Positions 56,148 through 64,000 of a DNA stretch of 64,000 nucleotides are shown one piece after another (the first letter of the stretch is position 1; each line of letters begins with the position of its first letter). Under the pieces are notes generated by a model. The model was not told the origin of the DNA. It did not search any database and saw only the letters and a list, made by a program, of their open reading frames with translations. This DNA comes from Bacteroidota bacterium (GTDB taxonomy: Bacteria; Bacteroidota; Bacteroidia; AKYH767-A; 2013-40CM-41-45). The stretch lies in the NCBI GenBank assembly GCA_003151745.1, contig PLYJ01000220.1, positions 86,630-150,629 on the forward strand. Direction: 5' to 3'. The position numbers and the translations under genes were made by a program.

Positions 56148-56819
56148 TTAAATCTTAAACTTCAAATAACAGATCTTGAATCCCTTTTCCGAAAACTTTT
56201 TTTCATAATATGTTTTAATAGATGTTAATGCTTCGTCGCGTTGAGTAGTATCAGCATAAAGATCATTTGTTGCATCTAATAATTCTAATTTGTTTTCTGT
56301 TATTACCTCTGAAGTATATTCATAAAACGATGCGCTATCCGTTTTCAAATTAATGATACCATCATCACTCAATATTTTTTTATATCTGTTCAGAAATATC
56401 ATGTTCGTTAACCGATTGCGGATACGGGATAATTGAGGCTGAGGATCAGGGAATGTGATCCAAATTTCAGATACTTCACCGGCAATAAAACAGACATCAA
56501 TAAAATCAATTCGGGTACGAATAAAAGCAACATTATTCATTTTGTTTTCGACCGCTGCTTTTGCACCTGTCCAGATGCGATTGCCTTTTATATCTACACC
56601 GATAAAATTTTTATCCGGATAACGCTTTGCCAAACCCACAGTATATTCACCTTTCCCGCAACCAAGCTCTAATATGATAGGATTGTTATTCTTAAAATAA
56701 TCTTTATGCCATTTGCCTTTCAGGGGTAATCCTTCTGCTCGTGAATCTTCGAACGACAAGAAAAAACAATTGTCGAATGAACGCACCTCTGCAAATTTTT
56801 TTAATTTTCGTTTAGCCAT
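56148..56819 (-). CDS. trmB: tRNA (guanine46-N7)-methyltransferase
   Basis: Has the SAM motif ILELGCGKGEYTVGLA and the FPDPQP block. 223 aa. Confidence 0.85.
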   Translation of the reverse strand: MAKRKLKKFAEVRSFDNCFFLSFEDSRAEGLPLKGKWHKDYFKNNNPIILELGCGKGEYTVGLAKRYPDKNFIGVDIKGNRIWTGAKAAVENKMNNVAFIRTRIDFIDVCFIAGEVSEIWITFPDPQPQLSRIRNRLTNMIFLNRYKKILSDDGIINLKTDSASFYEYTSEVITENKLELLDATNDLYADTTQRDEALTSIKTYYEKKFSEKGFKICYLKFKI

Positions 56820-56831
56820 GCATTTAGTTTA

Positions 56832-56992
56832 AAGTTCAAAGTTAGAAAGTTTAAAGTTGGGAACTGATAAAAACAACATTGTTAGTAAAACAAATAACTC
56901 TGAATTTTCATTAGCTATTTTAAACTTAAAAAAGTTGATTGGAAAATTAACACATTTAACTTTCTAACTTTAAACTTTCTAACTTTGAACTT
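56832..56992. repeat. Word-type inverted repeat element
   Basis: aagttcaaagttagaaagtttaaagtt (56832-56858) is the exact reverse complement of 56966-56992. The arms are 27 bp and the spacer is 107 nt. Confidence 0.85.
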
Positions 56993-56997
56993 AATAA

Positions 56998-58059
56998 ATG
57001 AAACGAATACTCATTTGTCCGCTTAACTGGGGCTTGGGGCACGCCACACGCTGCATCCCGATCATTCGTTTATTGATAAAAAAAAATGCGGAAATAATCA
57101 TTGCGACCGATGGCAGACCACTGGAACTTTTAAAACAGGAATTTCCGGATCTGGAATTCATTCAATTAAAAGGTGTTGATATCACTTATCCAGATGAAAA
57201 TTCCATGATATGGAAAATGATTTTTTCTATCCCTAAAATTATTAATGGAATTTATAAGGAACATGAATCTCTAAAAAAAATCATTGAAGAAAAAAAGATC
57301 GATATTGTCATTTCTGATAACCGATTCGGTATGTGGAATAAGAAAATAAAAAGCATTTTTATTACGCATCAGCTAATGATAAAAATACCCTTCGCTGAAA
57401 AATTGTTGCATCACATGAACATATATTTCATAAAAAAATATGATGAATGTTGGATTCCGGATATGGAAGACGCGACTAATCTATCCGGTGATCTGGCACA
57501 TAAATATTCATTGCCAACGAATGCTTTTTTTATTGGATCGTTATCGAGATTCAACAAAACCAGTATTTCCATACCGTCTGCTATTACTTACGATATAATG
57601 GTAATCGTATCCGGACCGGAACCTCAACGAAGTATTTTTGAAAAATTAGCTATTGAACAAGTGAGACAAAGTAAATTAAAAGCATTAATTGTATGTGGCA
57701 AAACAGAGATTCAACATAAAAGAGAAACAATAAATAACATGGAAATAGTATCACATTTAAAAACCGATGAGATGGAAAAAGCGATACTCCAATCAAAAAT
57801 TATTATTTCTCGTTCAGGGTATTCAACAGTTATGGATCTGGCAATACTTGGTAAAAAGGCCATTTTTATTCCAACCACCGGACAAACTGAGCAAGAATAT
57901 CTGGCAGAAATATTTATGAAAAAAAAGATCGCTTATTGCCAAAAACAATCGGAATTTGATCTGCAAAAAGCTTTAAAAGAAGTTGAAAATTATAGGGGTT
58001 TTGAAAATGTTGAAAATGAGAATCTGCTGGAAAAAAGAATTGAAACTTTGATAAATTAA
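56998..58059 (+). CDS. Glycosyltransferase (GT28/MurG-like C-terminal domain family)
   Basis: Has ILICPLNWGLGHATRCIPIIRLL at the N-terminus and …ISRSGYSTVMDL… in the C-terminal half. Confidence 0.75.
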   Translation: MKRILICPLNWGLGHATRCIPIIRLLIKKNAEIIIATDGRPLELLKQEFPDLEFIQLKGVDITYPDENSMIWKMIFSIPKIINGIYKEHESLKKIIEEKKIDIVISDNRFGMWNKKIKSIFITHQLMIKIPFAEKLLHHMNIYFIKKYDECWIPDMEDATNLSGDLAHKYSLPTNAFFIGSLSRFNKTSISIPSAITYDIMVIVSGPEPQRSIFEKLAIEQVRQSKLKALIVCGKTEIQHKRETINNMEIVSHLKTDEMEKAILQSKIIISRSGYSTVMDLAILGKKAIFIPTTGQTEQEYLAEIFMKKKIAYCQKQSEFDLQKALKEVENYRGFENVENENLLEKRIETLIN

Positions 58060-58163
58060 CCACGGAGGCACAGAGAAACACAGAGAAGGCTAATGAAGTA
58101 TCTAAATAAAAATTTGTTTGAAACTGAACTCCGTGAACCTCTGTGCTCTCCGTGTCTCTGTGG
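58060..58163. repeat. Word-type imperfect inverted repeat element
   Basis: ccacggaggcacagagaaacacagagaagg (58060-58089) opposes ctccgtgaacctctgtgctctccgtgtctctgtgg (58129-58163). Confidence 0.7.
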
Positions 58164-58170
58164 TAATTTT

Positions 58171-59211
58171 TTATCCCTTTTTCAAAGTAAATGAAAACAC
58201 AGTTCCTATCTCCTCCGTACTTGCTACTTTAATCGTTTGACTGTGTGCTTCAATAATGTGCTTTACAATCGCTAAACCCAAACCGGTGCCTCCTTGCTCA
58301 CGTGATCTGCTTTTATCAACACGGTAAAAACGTTCAAACAAACGCGACAAATGTTCTTTCGCAATGCCTATTCCGTTATCTGCAATTTCAACAGAAATGT
58401 TATCACCTGAATCATAAAAACGAATCTGGGTTTCACCATATTCCTTGCCATATTTAACAGAGTTAACGATTAAATTTACAATCACTTGCCGTATTCTGAA
58501 TCTATCGGCAACAACAAAAATGGGCTTGATATCTTCAGGTAAAGAAAGCATAATCCCTTTTGTTGTAGCTTTCAATTCTTGAGCATCCACTACATCTTTC
58601 GTCAAGGCGGTGATATCAAATCGCTCCGGTTCTATATGCAATTCACCTGTTTCAAGTTGTGAAATAGCTTCCAAATCATCAATAATGGTAATCATACGAT
58701 CTACACTTTTTTCAGCCCGCCCCAAATAATTTCTGTTAATCGATGCGTCTTCTAATCCGCCATCTAAAAGGGTTAACACGTAACCCTGAATATTAAATAT
58801 GGGCGTTTTTAATTCGTGAGACACATTTCCTAAAAATTCTTTCCGATACACTTCCAGTTTTTTCAGACGTTCAATTTCGTTTTTACGATCATCTGCCCAA
58901 GCTAAAATTTCAAGATCAAGGTTGTAAATGGAATTACTACTATATTCTATATTTGGATGAGGGATATCACTTTGCAAACGAAAATTTTTAACGGTTGTCA
59001 GCAACTGATCTACCTTTTTAAATAGAAAAATATTAACAAAGAGCAATAACGTTCCTGAAGTTATGAATGAAATAATTAATCCGGCAACCACCCAATTCCA
59101 TTGAATATGTGACATTACTACTTGCATATAAATAACAATGCCGGTCGAAACGATCAAGGCAAGCATGACGGCTGCAATTAATAATAAAACTTTAGGTGAA
59201 ATCGATTTCAT
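58171..59211 (-). CDS. Membrane sensor histidine kinase (PhoR/EnvZ-like class)
   Basis: Two TM segments. The H-box is FLGNVSHELKTPI. The ATPase motifs are NLIVNSVKYG, DNGIGI and GGTGLGLAIV. Confidence 0.9.
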   Translation of the reverse strand: MKSISPKVLLLIAAVMLALIVSTGIVIYMQVVMSHIQWNWVVAGLIISFITSGTLLLFVNIFLFKKVDQLLTTVKNFRLQSDIPHPNIEYSSNSIYNLDLEILAWADDRKNEIERLKKLEVYRKEFLGNVSHELKTPIFNIQGYVLTLLDGGLEDASINRNYLGRAEKSVDRMITIIDDLEAISQLETGELHIEPERFDITALTKDVVDAQELKATTKGIMLSLPEDIKPIFVVADRFRIRQVIVNLIVNSVKYGKEYGETQIRFYDSGDNISVEIADNGIGIAKEHLSRLFERFYRVDKSRSREQGGTGLGLAIVKHIIEAHSQTIKVASTEEIGTVFSFTLKKG

Positions 59212-59332
59212 TGGATTGAATTATAATGCTAATGTAGAAAATAATTCATCAATAATGATTAATCCCCCTAGCCCCCTTTGAAAGGGGGAATCAGAACAAG
59301 CCCTTTGAAAGGGGAATAAAACAATACCAATT

Positions 59333-60016
59333 CTAAAATTCAAATGTATAACCAATCCCCTTAACCGTCCTGATAAAATCCTCGCCTAACTTTTCACGCA
59401 ATTTACGAATGTGAACATCAATGGTTCTGTCGCCCACCACTACATCACCTCCCCATACTTTATCCAAGATCACTTCGCGCGTAAATACTTTACCGGGTTT
59501 AGAAGCAAGCAGATCCAGCAACTCAAACTCTTTTTTCGGCAAATTAATTTCGACCCCGTCTTGTATCACCAAATAACGCTCACGATCAATTCTAATTCCG
59601 CCCATATCCACTTTATCACTTGAAACGCTTTCGGTTGTTCCGCTACGTCTTAACAGGGCTTTTATACGACTGGTTAAAACACGCGGTTTAATGGGTTTAT
59701 TGATATAATCATCCGCACCTACATCAAAACCTGCAATTTGCGAATAATCTTCGTTGCGGGCAGTCAAAAATGCGATCATTACATTTTTTAATCCCGGTAT
59801 CTCACGTATTTCTCTGCATGTTTCAATGCCATCCATATCAGGCATCATCACATCCAATATTATTAAGTGTGGATTTTCAACTTTCGCAATCGCCAAAGCT
59901 TCTTTTCCATTACCTGCGGTATATACATTGTAGCCTTCTTTTTTTAGATTGTAACTCAAGAATTCCAAAATATCCGGCTCATCATCCACTAATAAAATCT
60001 TGTATTTACTATTCAT
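59333..60016 (-). CDS. OmpR/PhoB-family response regulator
   Basis: The REC has ILLVDDEPDILEF and LIILDVMMPDMDG. The winged-helix domain reads …REVILDKVWGGDVVVGDRTIDVHIRKLREKLG…VKGIGYTF. Confidence 0.92.
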   Translation of the reverse strand: MNSKYKILLVDDEPDILEFLSYNLKKEGYNVYTAGNGKEALAIAKVENPHLIILDVMMPDMDGIETCREIREIPGLKNVMIAFLTARNEDYSQIAGFDVGADDYINKPIKPRVLTSRIKALLRRSGTTESVSSDKVDMGGIRIDRERYLVIQDGVEINLPKKEFELLDLLASKPGKVFTREVILDKVWGGDVVVGDRTIDVHIRKLREKLGEDFIRTVKGIGYTFEF

Positions 60017-60344
60017 ATTGTTTGTTTTTAAATTTCAGTATAAAATTATCGATAACTAATAAACACATTGTTAATTCAATATTACCAAATAATTAACAAC
60101 AGTCGTACCTTTTTTAGAATTTTTCCGGCAAACTATTCAAAATAAATAATGCTTTAATACATTTTTGAATTTTTTTTAAATGTACTATAGTGACTATTTA
60201 TAACAATACAATTATTGCTTTTTTACAAATTAACATTTTTTAAAAACTCGCCGTTGTAATTATCTGAGCAATCTAAAATTAACGATAAGGTAACAATTCT
60301 TGCATATTCAGATTGTAAACAGCCAATATCTTTGTAATAAAAAA

Positions 60345-60728
60345 ATGGAACCCCAACAAAAAATATTACTGATTGATGACGAACCGGATATTCTGGAATT
60401 TCTCTCCTATAATTTTCGTAAAAATGAATTCAAGGTAATAACTGCTAATAATGGTTTGGAAGGCATTCAAAAAGCGGAATCCGAACTTCCACAAGTTATT
60501 ATTTCAGATATCTTAATGCCCGAAATGAATGGTATAGATATGTGTAAAATTATTCGGAAAAATTCCGAAATGAATTCAACACCTTTTATATTTCTTACTG
60601 CTTTATGCGATGATTATAAGGTGTTACACGCCATGCTATCCGGAGCCGATGAGTTTGTAACAAAGCCTATCCGGTTTGAATATCTTTTAGCAATAGTCAA
60701 TCGGGTGATGGCTGAAAAAGAAAATTAA
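60345..60728 (+). CDS. Single-domain response regulator (REC)
   Basis: Has ILLIDDEPDILEF, VIISDILMPEMNG and EFVTKP. ATG 60345 is preferred over the TTG at 60300. Confidence 0.85.
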   Translation: MEPQQKILLIDDEPDILEFLSYNFRKNEFKVITANNGLEGIQKAESELPQVIISDILMPEMNGIDMCKIIRKNSEMNSTPFIFLTALCDDYKVLHAMLSGADEFVTKPIRFEYLLAIVNRVMAEKEN

Positions 60729-60799
60729 ATTGCTTTTTAATGGTCGAACGATCATAATTGAATACCTGTTTACGATTTATACAATAATTCTATCGAGCA

Positions 60800-61192
60800 A
60801 TGAAAACGATGAAACGTATTTTATTAGTGTTTGATGACGAAAGAGAAATGGAATTTATGGAAGCCAATTTAATTGAAAATGGTTTCGAAATTTTTAAATC
60901 CAATAGCCTGAAAGAGGTGTTGGAACTAGCCATAAAAACAAGTCCTGATTTGATCGTATTAAATACGCTTAATATGGAATCTGCGGTAGAACTCTTTAAT
61001 AAAGATTTTAAAAAAGAGCAATTAAAAAACACAAGTATACTTAGTTTAATAGAACTAAAAGATTATTTGTATGTATCAAGTGAAGAATATTTCATTGTAA
61101 AACCTATCCGCCCAAAACTCTTATTAAGCCTGATAAGAGGACTCATGAATCACGAAGAAGTAAGTTGGTTGCCCAGAATGACTCATATATAA
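60800..61192 (+). CDS. Receiver-like protein with Asn at the phospho-acceptor position (pseudo-receiver)
   Basis: Has ILLVFDDERE, but the acceptor context reads LIVLNTLNMES (D replaced by N). The conserved Lys context is FIVKP. Confidence 0.6.
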   Translation: MKTMKRILLVFDDEREMEFMEANLIENGFEIFKSNSLKEVLELAIKTSPDLIVLNTLNMESAVELFNKDFKKEQLKNTSILSLIELKDYLYVSSEEYFIVKPIRPKLLLSLIRGLMNHEEVSWLPRMTHI

Positions 61193-61243
61193 AAAACATA
61201 GTATATTTACTGATGCATAAAAACATATATTTATGCAAAATAT

Positions 61244-61744
61244 ATGAAAACACTCTATCTCGTTCGTCACGCAAAATCCGATTGGGGCACAAATGGTTTA
61301 GCCGACATTGACAGACCGCTTAATTCACGTGGCTACCGTGATGCCTATTCGATGAGTAATATCCTGAAAGAAAAAAAATTGATGCCCGATCTGATTATTT
61401 CCAGTCCGGCCATCCGCGCTATTTCAACAGCCCTTATTTTTTGTCGGATTTTTAAACTAAAAACATCGGAAGTTATTATCAACGAGAACTTGTATGAAAC
61501 TTCGGTCAATCAATATATCGATATTATAAAACATATTGATGATCAATTTAAAAGCATTATGCTGTTTGGGCACAATCCAATAATCAGTGATCTGGCTTCC
61601 GGCTTGATCACGCCATTAACTGAAAATTTGCCTACCTGCGCTACTGTTGGAATTCAATTTCCAGCCGATTTTAAAGAATGGGGAAAAATTGACAATACCA
61701 ACGGAAAGCTTATCCTGTATGATTTTCCTAAGAATCATATTTAA
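61244..61744 (+). CDS. Histidine phosphatase superfamily protein, SixA-like
   Basis: Has LYLVRHAKSDW (the RHA/G motif) and LFGHNPIISDL. 166 aa. Confidence 0.8.
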   Translation: MKTLYLVRHAKSDWGTNGLADIDRPLNSRGYRDAYSMSNILKEKKLMPDLIISSPAIRAISTALIFCRIFKLKTSEVIINENLYETSVNQYIDIIKHIDDQFKSIMLFGHNPIISDLASGLITPLTENLPTCATVGIQFPADFKEWGKIDNTNGKLILYDFPKNHI

Positions 61745-61886
61745 AAAACTATTCGTTAAATAATTGTTAAGGTTTTTATTTTATGATTAATGCCATTGTA
61801 TTTTTACGAATTTTAAGCCATAATTAGGGTCATAAATTCAATGTTCGTTCATTCAATATTAATTTATACTATTAAATCTACATCAA

Positions 61887-62153
61887 ATGAGTAATAAAAT
61901 TTTACGTAAAGAACTTGAATTAACATTGGTAAAAACCATTGAAGATGTTTTGACTAAAGCCAATCCTTTAGCCACAAAAAAAATAAAAAAAGCTACTCAA
62001 GAAGCTGCAAAATCAGTAGCCAAGAAGTTTTTTAAAACGATTAAATTAGAAGCTAAAATTAAAAAAGCTCCCTCTAAAATCGTTGCACAAAAAACGACTC
62101 TCATTCCCAAAAAGGTTGTTAAAGCCCCCATTAAAAGGATCGCACAAAAATAA
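61887..62153 (+). CDS. Small Lys/Ala-rich basic protein
   Basis: 88 aa with a C-terminal K/A/P-rich low-complexity region (KKAPSKIVAQK…KKVVKAPIKRIAQK). The function is unknown. Confidence 0.45.
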   Translation: MSNKILRKELELTLVKTIEDVLTKANPLATKKIKKATQEAAKSVAKKFFKTIKLEAKIKKAPSKIVAQKTTLIPKKVVKAPIKRIAQK

Positions 62154-62247
62154 AAATCGAAGAATATTTTTTCCGACCTTTGCTATCCTATTTTATGAAT
62201 AGCTCATTCTGAATTTATTTGAGTTCGATTGAGTCCTTTTTGCTACT

Positions 62248-64000
62248 ATGAAAAAAATTAGTGTATTAAATAATCGGGAATTAAGTTGGCTATCCTTCAA
62301 TGAACGGGTTTTGCAGGAAGCAGAAGATAAAACTGTCCCCTTAATTGAACGTATAAAATTTCTAGGAATTTTTTCTAATAATCGCGATGAATTTTTTCGT
62401 GTACGCGTTGCCGCATTAAAGCGTGCAGTAAAATATCCTAAAAAAGCGGAAGGAATAATCGGAGAAAATCCTGAACTGCTTTTAAATAAAATTCAGAAAG
62501 TTGTTATTGAGCAGCAAATAAAGTTTGAAAATGTTTATCAAAATATTCTTAAAGAATTAGGGCGCAATAATATTTTTATAATAAACGAAAAGCATATTTC
62601 CATTCAGCAAAGCGTATTTATTAAAAAGTTTTTTCGGGAAAATATAATGCCATCGCTTTTCCCAATAATGCTCGACAACTCCTCTCAATTTCCCTATTTG
62701 AAAGATCGATCAGGCTATCTGATTGTAAAGTTGGGAAGTAATATCAAAACGAAAAAAAATAAATATTCAATAATAGAAGTACCAACCGATAATATCTCCC
62801 GTTTTGTAGTATTGCCTAAAGAAAAAGATAAAAATTTTGTTATTCTTTTGGATGATGTAATTCGTTTTTGCTTAGAAGATGTATTTAATAATTTCGGACA
62901 TGATTACATCGAGGCATATAATATTAAATTAACCAGAGATGCCGAGATTGATATAGATAATGATCTGTCAAAGAGTTTTGTTGAAAAAATATCAAGAGGT
63001 TTAAAAGCCAGAAAAAAGGGTCAGCCGGTGCGATTGGTTTACGATAGCGAAATTGCGCCTGATATGCTGGCTTTAATTATGAAAAAAATTAAACTACGCA
63101 AAGGTGATAATCTTATCCCGGGCGGGCGCTATCATAATTTTAAAGATTTTATTTCCTTCCCGAATATTGGTGGCACCAATTTAAAATATCCACCAACACC
63201 GGCTCTTAAGCATCCCGAACTACCCACTTCTCAGTCGAGGCCGAAAGATCAGCCAAGTTTTTTTAAAATTTTAAAACAAAAAGATGTACTGCTCACTTTT
63301 CCATACCAATCGTTTGATCATATCATCGACCTGTTACGTGAAGCTTCTATTGACCCAAAAGTACAGAGCATATATATTACATTGTATCGCGTTGCAAAAA
63401 ACTCCAATGTTGTTCTAGCACTTATTAACGCTCTTAAAAATGGCAAACAGGTAATAGCAGTAATTGAACTGCAAGCGCGATTTGATGAAGAAGCCAATAT
63501 ATACTGGGCAAACAAACTGCAGGAAGAGGGAGCGAAAGTAATTTATGGTGTACCCGGATTAAAAGTGCATTCAAAATTATTTTTGATATCACGCAAAGAG
63601 AGCGGGAAAATTTTTAATTACGGGTATCTCGGTACCGGAAATTTTAATGGAGATACTGCACGTGTTTATACCGACCACAGTTTGCTTACAGCAGATAAAC
63701 GAATTACTGATGAGATCGTAAAAGTGTTTACCTTTTATTTAGATAATTTAAAATCGGGCACCTTTAAACATTTATTAGTGTCTCCTTTTTTTATGCGTAA
63801 ACGTATCATACAGCTCATCGATACAGAAATAAAGAATGCTATCAATAATAAACCTGCTTCTATTTTTTTAAAATTGAATAACCTGGTCGATACGCAAATG
63901 ATCAATAAATTTTACGAGGCAAGTGCTGCAGGTGTAAAAATTAAATTGATCGTTCGAGGAATGTGCTCATTGGTTGCAGGAGTTAAAGGCGTAAGTGAGA
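62248..64000 (+). CDS. ppk1: Polyphosphate kinase 1 (3' end beyond the window)
   Basis: Not in the ORF track because it has no stop in the window. My manual translation gives MKKISVLNNRELSWLSFNERVLQEAEDKTVPLIERIKFLGIFSNNRDEFFRVRVAALKR… and …GGRYHNFKDF…LTFPYQSFDHIIDLLREASIDPKVQSIYITLYRV…IELQARFDEEANIYWANKLQEEGAKVIYGVPGLKVHSK…. Confidence 0.9.
   Translation, partial: MKKISVLNNRELSWLSFNERVLQEAEDKTVPLIERIKFLGIFSNNRDEFFRVRVAALKRAVKYPKKAEGIIGENPELLLNKIQKVVIEQQIKFENVYQNILKELGRNNIFIINEKHISIQQSVFIKKFFRENIMPSLFPIMLDNSSQFPYLKDRSGYLIVKLGSNIKTKKNKYSIIEVPTDNISRFVVLPKEKDKNFVILLDDVIRFCLEDVFNNFGHDYIEAYNIKLTRDAEIDIDNDLSKSFVEKISRGLKARKKGQPVRLVYDSEIAPDMLALIMKKIKLRKGDNLIPGGRYHNFKDFISFPNIGGTNLKYPPTPALKHPELPTSQSRPKDQPSFFKILKQKDVLLTFPYQSFDHIIDLLREASIDPKVQSIYITLYRVAKNSNVVLALINALKNGKQVIAVIELQARFDEEANIYWANKLQEEGAKVIYGVPGLKVHSKLFLISRKESGKIFNYGYLGTGNFNGDTARVYTDHSLLTADKRITDEIVKVFTFYLDNLKSGTFKHLLVSPFFMRKRIIQLIDTEIKNAINNKPASIFLKLNNLVDTQMINKFYEASAAGVKIKLIVRGMCSLVAGVKGVSE

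Overview
This is an AT-rich Bacteroidota-type chromosomal segment. The lineage call rests on many T9SS type A and type B C-terminal sorting domains, PKD arrays and word-like palindromic intergenic repeats. I saw no rRNA, no CRISPR array and no recognisable transposase or integrase.

Gene content from left to right:
- Glyoxylate shunt (aceA, aceB) with a divergent ScfR/RamB-type regulator.
- Two tandem TMTC-like GT-C/TPR membrane proteins.
- A Bro-N gene cassette inserted into the 3' end of an SDR epimerase gene.
- tyrS and a DPP-IV peptidase.
- A rearranged tRNA-Arg(CCU) locus carrying a GIY-YIG ORF and a GC-rich hairpin insert.
- A gene-poor AT-rich patch.
- A dense two-component signalling cluster with a recent module duplication and CheB/RR relics.
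- A block of T9SS cargo genes: an 18-repeat PKD giant, Ig-like adhesin, paralogous small cargo, and a tail-fibre-like protein with an S74 chaperone domain and collagen-like tract.
- A TIR gene relic.
- An agq/srs-like type III PKS cluster with UbiA prenyltransferase, methyltransferase and flavoprotein.
- Two LRR proteins, then housekeeping genes (ATL/MGMT-like, trmB, a glycosyltransferase).
- An HK/OmpR pair, orphan receivers, a SixA-like phosphatase and a 3'-truncated ppk1.

The most unusual signals:
1. tRNA-Arg(CCU) copies are targeted at one D-loop site by an identical 36-nt palindromic insert in opposite orientations, and a GIY-YIG ORF sits between a displaced tRNA 5' half and the intact tRNA.
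2. A 46-nt exact direct repeat truncates two unrelated genes 28.9 kb apart.
3. The Bro-N cassette is flanked by a duplicated gene 3' end.
4. The PKS cluster resembles a prenylated phenolic-lipid pathway.
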